A stretch of DNA of 64,000 bases, from positions 533,140 through 597,139 of the forward strand of contig NMRA01000192.1 of assembly GCA_002633005.1 (NCBI GenBank). Reading direction: 5' to 3'. The position numbers were made by a program, and so were the translations under genes. The stretch comes from Phoronis australis (Eukaryota > Animalia > Phoronida). Below are positions 1 to 12,300 of this stretch, piece after piece. Under the pieces are notes generated by a model. It ran no database searches. It saw only the letters and a list, made by a program, of their open reading frames with translations, and was not told the DNA's origin. The stretch's first letter is position 1. Every line of letters starts with the position of its first letter.

Positions 1-271
1 CGTCTGCTTTCTCTTGAAGCTTTTCTTGTTTCTTTTGTTCCTGGTACTTTTCTACTTCGGCAAACATGAGGCCTCCTAAGAAGCTGTACAACACTACGAG
101 CAGACAAAGGCCACCCGTGGTGAACACAAAATGCAGGAAGCTCTTGCAGCCTTTCTTCAAGTTGTCTTTGCTGAACTTCCTCCGAATCCGACTTAGGCGT
201 TCTGCGGCAGTTGTACTCGGGCTTGTTAAGTCTCTTTTCTTGCTTGATATCGATTTGACACTTTTATCCAT
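1..271 (-). CDS. K2P (KCNK/TWIK-family) potassium channel gene 1, 5' part of exon 1 (N-terminus, M1, start of cap); runs off left edge
   Basis: Not in the ORF track. Manual translation from ATG at 271: MDKSVKSISSKKRDLTSPSTTAAERLSRIRRKFSKDNLKKGCKSFLHFVFTTGGLCLLVVLYSFLGGLMFAEVEKYQEQKKQEKLQEKAD. It aligns with CKSFSHFLFSTVGLCLLVLLYSITGGALFTMME of the gene at 9256. Confidence 0.9.
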   Translation of the reverse strand, partial: MDKSVKSISSKKRDLTSPSTTAAERLSRIRRKFSKDNLKKGCKSFLHFVFTTGGLCLLVVLYSFLGGLMFAEVEKYQEQKKQEKLQEKAD

Positions 272-2544
272 CGCTTCACCTTGCACTGTTCATGCAACAA
301 AATAAATTACTTTTCAGAACGGTTTGGTCAAAATCATTTTCGGTAAATGCTTGCGTTGACTTGATTAGGTATGATAGCAAGTTGATCTCAATCAAAACAC
401 TTTTCTAAAATCTTGTTGTCACATAATGAGCACATTGTCTAATGTTTACACCTTGCCCTTTATCGTTTCAACCAACTAAAGTCAATAGGTTTTAGTCTGG
501 TACATGTGATTGTGTTTGCTGCTTAGACACGCACATGCAGGTGCTTATAAGGACTTGTCTTTGTTATTTTACAAACCTTTCGTGTTCGTGCTTGTTCAAG
601 GGCATGCTTACTTGCTTACACGCGATATTTCACATTCCTATGTATTTCTTCAGTTACCGTCGCATGCTGGTATTTTATATAGAGCTTAACCAGCCAGATA
701 GCTGCATTTTGTGTGTGAGACCGAATGCAAAAACATAGTTGGTAAACCATGTGGGTAAAAATTGGAAATTTACATTACAAGAAAGCTCGCTTCTTCAGTT
801 AGATATAAGTCAAAGAATCTTGTAAGCACTGAAATATATGAAGTCCAACAATGCGTACGTTTTTTTAACTCTGGCATTCAAATGAGCCCTACTGTACCTT
901 GTCCCGTGCGATTATTAGGAAGAAAGGCAATTTGACGAACGTCATTTCTTACCTCATCCAACCGCATTTGCAGCAAAGATCAGAAAATTTTAATCGTCTG
1001 TCATCATGACAATACATGAATAATAAATGGAAGATCCATCCAATGTGGCCGACGAGTAGGCGAGCTCTTACGGATTAAAATTAACGGGCAGCTAAAAAGA
1101 CGTTACTGCTCTGTAATTGGTATTGATGCTTAACCTACGATTCATTTGGTGAAGACACAATCGTTAAAGGCAAATGAAAACATCTTATGCAGACAACGAA
1201 TGTGTCACAGCTTACTCACCGATAAACATGGTTTAGCGCCAACTTCGCTTCAATGGGCATGGTCAACATAATCTTGTATCAAGTGAAAAATAAGAACATT
1301 CGTGACACAGTTATTTGAAAGTGCTGATTGGTTGAAAGTTTTGTACAGCTCAGTTGGCAGAGGCTCGAATCGAAGAGTGGCAGGTGATGCAAAAGGCCTC
1401 TGGCATTTTTAAGTCTCTAGTGTGAATAATTTCAGTGCAATTAAAGGACTTATGTTACCAATGATTGATATAGAATAGCATGTAAAAATAAGGGTTGCAT
1501 CACATATACACATTGTGACGTACACCAGTTCCAATATTTACTTTCGTGACCCTCATCCGACAGTGGCGGCGTCTACGCTATCATTTTCATTTGATGTCAT
1601 ACTACGTTGGACATGCGCACTGGAGCGAAGTCCGCAGTAGCCAGCGTTAATAGGTGATTGAGCTGCTGAATATCAGGCATATTCTCCTACGTTAGATGGT
1701 CTCATTTGTCCGTATTATTTATGTCTTCACTAAGCAAACCTTAACTTGAGCATGTAATTGCATGTACCGATTAGAAGTTCATTCTGCAATGCCTCGTTCA
1801 GCAAGAGCTCACTTGCTCGTCTCGCTGGTTCCCTGCGTGCCACTTGGTGGTAACCAGCATGCAGTTATCACTCAATTTTCGTCGGGAAATTTTTTATATC
1901 GGCGTCTCTGATTGGCTGGTCGAATCCTCAACAGGCAGCGCTATATGCAAACTACATGACTGATGGAGGAAGTGTTAATATGATCTGTTGTACAGAAAAA
2001 TTGGGGCATAAAAGTCATGTTCAAGAAATGTGAACCCCAGAAAATTACGGGTGTGCCTTGTCGGAGTTCATCTTTTTACTGTCGCTGAATTTTGTTTTCG
2101 TTGTTCTCCTGTATTCACATACAGTATAAATAACACAGTAGTTAAATCGGCCTGATGATGGCGTGTTTATTGTACATGTATGTGTTTCAAGCACGCAACT
2201 ATTAAATATTAGCCTACTGCAGAAACGAAATATTTGCTTGTACGCCACATGCATGACAAGGCTAAAAATCGTGCATAGTCCGCCATTTTCTCAATTAGTT
2301 GTAAAGCTAACCAATGACTGCCGAGGTTACATCAACCAATGATAAAGCGCGTTCTACCTGCGTGCTGGCTACAAGCTAGCGGCACGTAGGGATCTGGCGA
2401 GATCTGCTCGTTGGCCTTCTTGGGTTGCTCTTGTACATCTATATACATGTACATGTATTGTAGTTATACATAAAGACGAGTGGCTGTTTAGATAGCCATC
2501 TACCTTTATGCATGCATTAACGTCAAGGAAGCATTATGTTTTAA

Positions 2545-3960
2545 GCTCGAATAGACCTCGAAATTTCCCATCGACCTGGTACTTCAGCTTGTCACTTCGT
2601 GAAACTTTTATCAACATTTAGAGCTAACGACCGGCATGCAAAATCTGTGCCACCCTGCACTTACCTTGGACGTTACAGCCTTTTATGTGAAAAATAGCAA
2701 TATAGTATATATCATTTTCGTGCATAATATTTAGCCTTGGTACAAAGCTGTATACTAAATATACAGCTTTGCACCGATGTGGGTAAGAAAGTGGTAAGAT
2801 AAAATATTGCACAAAATGAATGTCATTAAAAACTAGTCTTCCTTGAGAAAACAAAAATTATTTAACGGTGTTGGAAAATATAACGTTCTACAGTTATTCT
2901 GCTGTTAAAGTTGTGGAGTGATCTTTACGACTTGAGCGACGGCTTTCGGCGCCATGAAATATTACGTCACCTATTGGCCAGTTTCTTTTTTCGCCGATTC
3001 TTCAATCAGCTGTTGTTCTTTCTCGAGCTTGCGTACACGTAACGACAAATTATTGGAACTGGTTTCACTTCATTATAAGTTTTTAGAATTTCGATACCGA
3101 AAAACAGATTTTCATAACAAAGTTTGCGGCTGCCAAGTTTTCCCAAAAATTTAGGAAATGGCGCGTACTGTTTTCAAAACGACGATATACTTTTTATTGT
3201 TAGAAAAGGCGGAGAGTTACGCAAGAAAATGACGTTTATTGCATTGTTTTTTCACTTAAACGGCTGTAACGGGCAAGGTGAGTGTCAGTTAATTCCCAGA
3301 TTTTGCATGCACGCAGTCTGGTCTTTAGCTTTACATTTTGATACAAGTTTCACGGCGAGGTGACGAGCAGAACTACATGTACCCTGGCTGTGTGCTATTT
3401 CGGGGTCTACGGAAGAAACACACACAGTGGTACCTAGCTGTATTTTGACGACAGTCTTTATACAGCTAGCTGGCTGGCTACATAATGGTCTGCCTTTTTA
3501 AAAAGGATACTGAACCAAGTTTTGGCCAATACACATACAATAAAATTTGTGTTCACATCTAGCTCTCTAAAACCAAATAATACCCTCTAACCCTCGAGAA
3601 TCTTCAAATGTTTCGAGCAAAATTTGAAGAAAATTCCTAATAAGTCTACAAAACGAGCAAGCGTGACCTGCGCTTTATGCGAGTTGCATGGCAACTGCAG
3701 GGCAAGACCACCCACCGAGAACTTTAATATCTAGTCAGCCAGCTACAGGTGTGAAGATTATAGTCAAAATAAAGCCAGGTACCACTATGTGTTGAGCTCC
3801 AATGGACCACAAAATTTCACACATCCCGGTTAGTTCTCTTCGTCACCTCGTCATGAAACTTCATATCAACATTTAGAGCTAACGATCGGCGTAGGTGCAT
3901 GCAAAAACTTGGAGACCAGCCACACTAATCTTGCCCTTTAAAACCGCTTAAGAGAAAAAA
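2545..3960. repeat. Three degenerate copies of one ~150-230 bp repeat in alternating orientation (> < >), probably MITE arms
   Basis: gtcacttcgtgaaacttttatcaacatttagagctaacgaccggcatgcaaaa (~2591) matches gtcacctcgtcatgaaacttcatatcaacatttagagctaacgatcggc (~3842), and both match the reverse complement of ~3245-3365. Also 3410-3480 is the reverse complement of 3731-3795. Confidence 0.7.
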
Positions 3961-4668
3961 GACCATAATTTCTTGTCTTACCTGGTCCTTCGTTCGGCGA
4001 AATTATCTAATCTAGAACCTTAATTTCTTCTATTTATAATACTTCTAAATAGTCATGAAAAAATGTATCGACTGACACTTCAAATCTGCGACTTCAGTTC
4101 GCGCGATTGCTTTGGAGTTTTCATGTTCAACAGTTGGTAAAACACAGGATTGACATCATCAAAGACACACGATAGAGTAGCTGTAAAAATTTCTATCCAA
4201 AACTTTCGACCTTTTTTAAATGTCTAATATTCCTCAAATATATCAAAAGTAGCTAGATTTTGAGTTTCATACGTTCAACAAATTGTTCATTTGACAAAAT
4301 TTTTTATGACTTTCCAGGACGTGCTGCGGACAATATTAGTGTCGTCCACAGTACGAGTTTCCTTAGAATAAGCTGCAGTGTGCACCAAACGAGTTGTCGC
4401 TAGGTTAAGCAATGAGCGTTACTTGCTCCAAGGTAACATAACGCACGTGTGGCATCTTACTCCACCTGATCAAGGTAGACGTTAACCTAACAGGCAGTCG
4501 CTAATGTTTTCATGAACCAGAATTAACTGCAGAGTGGCGGAATAAAACGACTTGTTCTCTGAATGTCAAGTTACTGATAAAATTCCACTTCTGTCTACGG
4601 GATTAACTTCATCACCAGGTTTACTTTGATTGTAGACACACAGTAGAGAACGGGGAAATGGTCAACTT

Positions 4669-6197
4669 TTTTTTTTTCACTGTGATATATATTTATTGAA
4701 GGATACACAGAACATACAAAGAAATAATAACAAACCCAGAAACCGCGAAGCATTATATCTGGGTTGTAAACAATTCATAAATGAAACTTATATACATAGA
4801 GATATATACAATTAAGTAGTATCTAAAATAAGTATTCCAATACTTAGACATGCTATTACAGATATATAAAAACAAAAATATTTACAGATTCATGTAGGGA
4901 AATCAGATGCAACAATATTGATAAACGGTATATAAAAATTTGCTAACGTTGCTTAGGANNNNNNNNNNNNNNNNNNNNNNNNNNNNNNNNNNNNNNNNNN
5001 NNNNNNNNNNNNNNNNNNNNNNNNNNNNNNNNNNNNNNNNNNNNNNNNNNNNNNNNNNNNNNNNNNNNNNNNNNNNNNNNNNNNNNNNNNNNNNNNNNNN
5101 NNNNNNNNNNNNNNNNNNNNNNNNNNNNNNNNNNNNNNNNNNNNNNNNNNNNNNNNNNNNNNNNNNNNNNNNNNNNNNNNNNNNNNNNNNNNNNNNNNNN
5201 NNNNNNNNNNNNNNNNNNNNNNNNNNNNNNNNNNNNNNNNNNNNNNNNNNNNNNNNNNNNNNNNNNNNNNNNNNNNNNNNNNNNNNNNNNNNNNNNNNNN
5301 NNNNNNNNNNNNNNNNNNNNNNNNNNNNNNNNNNNNNNNNNNNNNNNNNNNNNNNNNNNNNNNNNNNNNNNNNNNNNNNNNNNNNNNNNNNNNNNNNNNN
5401 NNNNNNNNNNNNNNNNNNNNNNNNNNNNNNNNNNNNNNNNNNNNNNNNNNNNNNNNNNNNNNNNNNNNNNNNNNNNNNNNNNNNNNNNNNNNNNNNNNNN
5501 NNNNATGATGTTCCAGTATTCTTTGGAATTCTTGCTTGCGCTGTTAATTTGTTGAAAAAGCTTGTGTCGGTGATCAGCTTTGGCTTGATTTACTAAAGTT
5601 TCAACCAGACGTGACTGCTCCTTGTATCTGTTGTAGATTATAGTGTTGTTAGATCTTCTGAAAGAGCTGTAAAGTCTGTTTCTTGTGCGGATTGCCCGTT
5701 TAACATTACTGTTGAACCACGGTTTGCTGTTGTGTTTAATTATCTTTTCAGTTGATGGGATGTTGTTTTTTAAGATTTCATAGAGAGTACTAGTGAAGAG
5801 TGAAACAGTGTCATCAATGTCGCCAGTGTTCAATATGGAATCCCAGTCAGTGTTGGTGATATCCTGACGCAGTTTATCGGTGTCGACCTGATCATATTTC
5901 CAGTTGGTTCGAGTGGTGTGTTGCTCTTTAACCGGTTTTTTAAGTGTTAGAGTGGTTTCGATAGTGTGGTGATCAGAATTGCCAACAGGAGGTAGTACAG
6001 AACATGAGTCAATGATACTCAAATTGTTTGTTATACACAGGTCAATACATGAATGAGAAACGTCGGTGATACGGGTTGGCTCATTAATTAGTTGTATGCA
6101 GTCATTAGACAATAAAATATCAAACAATTGTAGTCCGGCCGTATTGTCATGATCATCATTGTACCATGTAGAGTTTCGGGCATTGAAATCACCATTT
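4669..6197 (-). mobile_element. 5'-truncated LINE (CR1/L2-like ORF2, AP-endonuclease region), interrupted by an assembly gap
   Basis: ORF2 motifs GDFNA, EPTR, SCIDL, SDH, KPWF at 5505-6197. The 3' end has AATAAA plus a poly(A) tail (poly-T at ~4667-4677 on +). An 11-bp target-site duplication ATGGTCAACTT lies at 4658-4668 and 6198-6208. Confidence 0.9.
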
Positions 6198-6641
6198 ATG
6201 GTCAACTTCAGACCACAAATTCATGACGTTTTATTCTACTCACATCTGTTGCATCTAATTCACTGGACATTAGGAAATCGCGCAATGGGAAAACACAAGA
6301 TACGGCACCATTTGTAGGGGTAAAACATGCGGTAACGAAAGCACGCCAGCGCCACGAACGTGCCATCTTCAGGAACCAAGTTGCTGTCATTTCGTGTAGG
6401 TAAAGGCACAGTCACAAATGGATAACTAACAATGTGAACACTTGCTTTTTAAATCACATTTGAAAACACATTGAAATACACCAAAACAATAATGTCTTCC
6501 TGCTATTATTAACTTCTGTAGCAAATACGACCTTCGGTTTATCTTTTTCACTGTCTTGTTAAAGGAATTTCCAAAGAACAATTCGAGAGCGATCAATTTG
6601 ATTTAACCAAAATAAACAATAAATTATGAGATGATCAACTA

Positions 6642-7729
6642 TTATCCTTGAATTGCAGCGAACACTGCTTCAGCGTCAGTCTTCTTCAGTTTGTCTTCTG
6701 GCTTTTGTATGATTCCAACCTTCTGAGCAACTGTGATCACCCTTGTTCTCACTTCTGCCTGCATGAGATCCATGCACATGGCAATAAGAGCGAGTCCAAC
6801 CAGCAAGTATACAGCGGAGAAGATCGGCTTGGCCACGTTCTCGGCGTCCTGCAAACCAGGCACCAAGTCACCGAGTCCGATTGTAGTGAGAGTGATAAAG
6901 GAAAAGTACAGCGCTTGAACGAAGGTCCAACTCTCCCAAATGGAAAAAAGAACTGCTCCGATAAACAGATAGCTAAGCATGACCAACAGAGTGAGCGAAA
7001 TGGGTACGGACATGTAGCGGTATTTGCTCTTCCATTCTACGTACTGCTCCTTAAGTTCCGTCAAAGATAATCTCATTCGCGGGCTCTCGTACTCGTCGTC
7101 GTCGTCGACGTTCTCGCTGTCCGCGTTGTTATTCATGTTCTTCAAGTCGTCGCCATTGGCACTGTTCCGGTTGCCTTGAGGTGTGATGTTGTTGTTTTCC
7201 GCTTTGTGAGTGATGACAGCGGCGCTTCTTTCCAATGCTGCATGAAGTCCAAAGCTGCTTGCATTATTTGGCTTTGAAAGGTCATTATCGTCTGAGCTTG
7301 TTTCCACATTGTGCTGAATAAGAGAGGCACTACCACTTACCACTCCAGCATTGTTGTTGACGTTGTTTTCGTTAACTTCACCAGTTGTTTGGATTATAGG
7401 GATGGTGTTTTCGGGAACACTTTGTTTCTGGATTACGGTCTTGCTGTGTCTGTTGTTGGCCGCATGTTCGGTAGCTGATTTATCCTCTGCTATCGTTTTG
7501 CTAGCCACAACGTCCGGCGATATATCGTGCTCACTTTCATGCTTCTCGCCGAAACACTTCTCTGGGCAGCATGCATCACAGCAGAGCCGATGATAGACGT
7601 AACGGAAGAGGTCGGCCATGAAACTTCCCATGTTAGCAAGGTAAAGCAGCGCCAATGGGACACCAATAATAGAGTAGATGATCGTGAATAACATGCCTGT
7701 AACAGTCCTCGGATAGATGTGTCCGTATC
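6642..7729 (-). CDS. K2P potassium channel gene 2, exon 2 (end of P1, M2, long cytoplasmic loop, M3, P2, M4, C-terminus)
   Basis: Acceptor tcttgtttcag|GA TAC GGA CAC completes G-Y-G-H-I-Y-P-R-T. M2 is GMLFTIIYSIIGVPLALLYL, P2 is WTFVQALYFSFITLTTIGLGDLVP, M4 is YLLVGLALIAMCMDLMQ; stop at 6642-6644. Confidence 0.95.
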
Positions 7730-8721
7730 CTGAAACAAGAATATTTAGAATGCTTGTCTTACATGGGGTTTTCATAATTTTTGCCACGGCTGCAAATTCC
7801 AAATTCTATTATCGCTTTCACGCGGCAAAGTAATGACGATGTTTACTGGGAGGTGAGTTTCCCGGACGACGGTAAGACTTGAAGAGTTGTCGAAGAGAAA
7901 AATATCCGTTCACAAAGTCATTAAGTTTTTTCGGTGACGAAGGGTCACATATTTAAATAGACTTCTTCAGTGAAACTGTAAACCATATGATTTTGCAGAC
8001 TGTCGGTGTAGAAGATGCAACGTGTTCGATAACCCTTTTGAATAGAAATTTTGGCAGAGTATGCTGGCATGCAAACTGAGTATGAGCGCAGATATTAACA
8101 CGTTCATGATCAACGTATTGATTATAATCTAAACGTACCGTCAGGGAAAACAAATCCCGAAAACGAGACAGTTTCCGTGGATTTGAGACACTTGCAAATC
8201 ACTTGTGATGATGAATCTTTACATATAATAGATCGAAACTAAAGGAAACACACAATTACAATCCATACATAAACATTTCAACCTCATCGATCCAACGGTC
8301 ACCACTTTTTGTTGGATACGCTAGTAAGGCCCAGACCATACGCGAGAAATATATTTCACTGGCGTGATTTTGTGTGGTCTTACGTGGTTTTGTTACTTGC
8401 GCCTACTTGCTGCATGCAAATCACAAACAACCGGAAATCTCACGGATGATTAATATGCGGATTAGTGGGTGGCACGAGGTTCCCGTCGGATCCCCTTGGT
8501 TAGTGATAAGAAACTCCGTCGGCAGGCCGTTTCTAGGACTCATTGTTCGAAATTTGGGGTTGGTTACCACATCATAAATTCTTTCGTAGATTTGTAACGG
8601 CATAAACCGCGTGTTATTGGTTCCCGATCACAAGAACGGCAGGTTTTCCCGACCAAAGAATCCAATGGCAGTTTAACCCATTGATCAATACCAGCTAGTT
8701 TGGTAAGTTTTTCTCACCTAC

Positions 8722-9256
8722 CAATAGTAGTAATGATAGTGGTAGCATATAACAGCGCATTGATCAGTTCCCACTGGGGCTTGATCTCTGCGCCGGGGTA
8801 GGTACCATCCCACATCTCCTCTGATGTAATGTAGTGCGTCTTTCGCTGGAACTCCTTCAGCATGTCTTGAGCCAGGCTCGTCCAGTTATCAAGGTCGTGG
8901 TGGCAATCGATCTGGCGAGACATTAACGCCAACTTCTTCAGAGTTTCTTCGCGGTAGTTGCGGGCGTTGATCTGTGCCTTCTTAAGATTGAGACTCTCGT
9001 TGTCCGCCTCCATCATTGTGAACAAGGCGCCGCCTGTTATGCTGTAGAGAAGTACAAGAAGGCACAGACCAACGGTGGAGAACAGAAAGTGTGAGAAGCT
9101 CTTGCAGAAATTCATGAATTGCTGCTTCGTCATTTTTGACTTCATATCTTCCATTCGCTGACGAAAATTTTTTTTCTCAGAAGCCCGACGAGACACCGCC
9201 GACCTTCTACTTTTTCTTTGGGACACTGTGGTCCTTCTACGCGAGTCCTCTGGCAT
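8722..9256 (-). CDS. K2P potassium channel gene 2, exon 1 (N-terminus, M1, cap, P1)
   Basis: M1 is FLFSTVGLCLLVLLYSITGGALFTMME, P1 is QWELINALLYATTIITTIG, and the phase-1 donor is ATT G|gtaggt. A 992-bp intron (8721-7730) joins in frame: 535+1088 nt = 540 aa plus stop. Confidence 0.95.
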
Positions 9257-9943
9257 TGTGTCGTATCCGTTTATGTTTAGAGGTTTCTCCTGTAATTATA
9301 TCGTGTCTACAGCATAATGTTTACTGAAAGTGAAGTTGTCAAAACCTCAATGTTTTAAGACCACGGCTCGAGCTGTTTAGGTCCCCCAAAGAAGAAGAAA
9401 ATAGGGGGCAGGTTTGACGGTATTTTTTGGATTAAATGGGCAGTGATCTTAGTTGTTTTGAGTAAATTGAGTCAAAAAAAAATGTCTTTTCCTTTTGTCT
9501 ACTCGAATATGTTCTACAAGCAAATTGTCTTTTATCAGGTGATAGTTCACAGTGAGAGTAAATCACCGACTGTAGGTGGCAGTACAAATACAAATTAAAG
9601 CCCGGTACAAGACATTCCATAGTATAACAGTTGCTTGTACTTTGGCCGGACACCCAGACAAATAAATGCAAAATTGTAAATGCTATATGATAGGCTGAGT
9701 GCGTCGTAATGAATAAGAATGCGTATCAAGATAAGCTGAATAACGTCTTTACCGAAAGTTCTAAGTTTCGAGAAAGGTCGAGTACATACCGTAACCCTGT
9801 TAATAATGTCAAACACGAACTACAGGTAAATCGTTTAATCAAGCTAGAAAATATTGACCAGATTTATTTCTAAGTTGTTGAGGTTGACTTTTCTGAAGAA
9901 TACTTACACGTACATGTATATGGTAACCGTAAAGGTCATGAAT

Positions 9944-10107
9944 ATAGATTATTACATGGCGAAGTCGTTATCCCCCGTTATCTAGAGCCCGAGTGGATTT
10001 TGGAGAATTATCGCCCGAGGGGCGTCAGCCCCGAGGGTGATAATTCTACAAAATCCACGAGGGCTCTAGATAAGGGGGATAACGACTGAGAACATGTAAT
10101 AATCTAT
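9944..10107. repeat. 164-bp near-perfect palindrome (foldback/MITE-like)
   Basis: atagattattacatg...gtcgttatccccc(g)ttatctagagccc-gagtggattttggagaattatcgcccgagggg cgtcag ccccgagggtgataattctacaaaatccac-gagggctctagataagggggataacgac...catgtaataatctat. Confidence 0.9.
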
Positions 10108-10568
10108 TTATACCACATACTAAACGAGAAACATTGCAATGAATCGATCTACATGTACCTTTCTCGACTCGCCTCGGCTTTGTAACTACTTTCTATGTCA
10201 GAGGCCCGGGGTCGGAGGTCGTGACCTTTTAAGAAAAGCCGAGCTATTTTTGTCAAATAATGCTTATACTCAAAACCAATTGGAACTTAAAACAAAATAG
10301 AAATGAAGTGAATCTCAAAATTAAGGTTAAGCAACTATTATAGCTTAAAACATGTTTTTTACACGCTAAGCTTCGACCGGGAAATTATCGTCTGCTAAAG
10401 TAGGTTACCACTGGTAACTGAATATAATTCTCAAGTCAATGATCCTGACGACACGATACCCGCATTTAAACTGGAGATCGGTGATTTACAAGTAAGAGGA
10501 CATGAGAGAAAAATTTCACTGAATTAAGATATCATTTTTATGGAAATTATGTGTCTTATTTTTCGTAN

Positions 10569-11246
10569 GACATCATGGGTTGAACACAAGAGATCAGCGA
10601 CTAGCATTGAACAACGGCGGAGAGTAGGGAATTTGTAAGCGACAACGATTATGAGCAAGAAATGAACAAATACTATGAAGAAACGTACGAGAATGGTGGC
10701 CAGGATGACGAAATGGGGTTGCACGAAAGCGAGAACGAGTTTGATATGTTTTCAGCTGCGTACTTTTCTACTTTGAGGCCTTACGAACTGGATCCTCACG
10801 CGAGAGAAGCGGCCTTGGGCTCGGCCAGTCAACCCAGTCATCCAACAGACGATCCTGAATAAAGAGCCGATGTTTCTGAATAGTAAATATTGTCTTTTAT
10901 TGAACCAGGCCTTCATCGTAACATCTCCTCCGATTGGAGTCGAAACACGACTCCTCAAAGAGGGCAGAACACAGAGTGGCTCCGGACAGAATCGCTTTGT
11001 CCACGCTGAGGTCCCACACTCTCGTTCGGCGCACGAAGCGATGCCACTACTGCGCAACTTTGGCGTCCTTCGGAACACCGAGACGTTCTCCGTCTGACTG
11101 CTGTTGCTGTAGCCTCCACAAACGCATCTTTTCATCCCTCTACGAACCTTCTCGACGCTAAATATACTTTACCTTCACTTAACTCTATACACTTGGTTGC
11201 TGATCCGAAAAGTGTGCCGAACGACTTGGGTTCAATCCATGACGTT
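10569..11246 (-). mobile_element. Internally deleted THAP-containing DNA transposon remnant (Kolobok-like); true ends not found
   Basis: Minus strand from 11135: MKRCVCGGYSN...VSV[fs]FPKDAKVAQ*WHRFVRRTRVWD...ATLCSALFEESCF, a decayed THAP domain. A convergent plus-strand acidic ORF (10662-10862) carries LRPYELDP. Imperfect inverted repeats lie at ~10569-10590 and ~11225-11246. Confidence 0.6.
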
Positions 11247-11599
11247 GTACATAATTTTTTTTTTCAATTTTTACGTGTTTCTTTATGAGCTGTGCACTAA
11301 AGGCACTGAAATCAAGTAAGATATAATAATAAAATTTATTTTGAGGTACTAGAGTCATGTTGCGTACACTCCACTAAGACCCGTCATATCTCAAGTGTTC
11401 GCCCCTACGCACATGTGCAAGGTAGCTGAATCATTAGATTAACTCGTATAGGTACATTGTCAAATCTTGGGATGAATTTTTGAATTTATTGCATCTATCG
11501 ATTCAACGCTAAATACCTATTCCGCATCGCTTGGTGTTGAAAGTCTGCTTACAAGCGTCCTTGTTGTTGAAACCTTTGAAATCATATTCTGCATATAGT

Positions 11600-12300
11600 C
11601 ATGTATCAATGGCTCCTCCTAATATTCCTAAAGATGTACCACGAGATTTACTACAACTTTGTACAAAAATACCATTTAGAAATATTTACGACATTCAAAC
11701 TATATTTACAAACCATTGGGGGAAACATGGGATTGATTACCTATCAGATCAACTTTTGCTGACTTTTTACATGTGTAACCTGTAAACTAAGGTTATTGAT
11801 AGTTTTCCAGAGAAGCCTAAGATGTATTTCATGTATGTTGATGGCATATTTATTATCCTTAACCGCGATAAGCTGATGGAGGTCAAACTTGCTTTTGAAC
11901 AAAGTTCTATATTAAAATTCACATACGAATTATCAGTCCGCAATAAGCTTCCATTTTTAGGTGCACTCTTCGATTGTGACGAATCTGGCATTGAAACCTC
12001 TGAATATCAGAAACCTACAAATGATGGAATCTGCTTATATGAAAACAGCGAATGTCGTCGAATACAAAAGCGCTCTGTTTTGGCGAGCTTCTTGAAAAAA
12101 GCATTTTCTGCATGCTCAAATTCGGAAACCTGTAACAATAAATGTAAGCGCATCAAGCAAATTATGATAAGTAGCGGTTATGGAAATATGCTTGTTGATG
12201 AGAGCCGGAATTTTTTCTTAAGCTGCTTACATAAGCGTGAGCGTTTAAAACAAACATGTTGGTGTAACAAGAAATTATTCTACTGTCTATGTCATAAATC
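11600..12300 (+). mobile_element. Penelope-like retroelement reverse-transcriptase remnant (decayed)
   Basis: DFYMCNL*..KPKMYFMYVDGIF (YVDD box mutated), KFTYE..KLPFLG, YQKPTNDG, SEC...KRSVL, SSGYG (NGYP-like). This is the motif order of PLE RT/thumb; frameshifts and stops are present. Confidence 0.8.

Noticed and set aside
4940-5596. Long ORFs spanning N-runs (also 35238-35925)
   Set aside because: Artefacts of translating assembly gaps.
6648-7738. Overlapping antisense and alternate-frame ORFs over K2P exon 2
   Set aside because: Shadow ORFs of a real coding exon with no independent features.
7730-7802. N-terminal 24 aa of ORF 6642..7802
   Set aside because: Intronic: non-ATG start, and the acceptor AG at 7731-7730 defines the exon.
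8713-8718. Alternative donor AG|GTGAG 4 nt downstream of the gene-2 donor
   Set aside because: It would frameshift exon 2 and destroy GYG; the donor at 8721 matches the paralogs.
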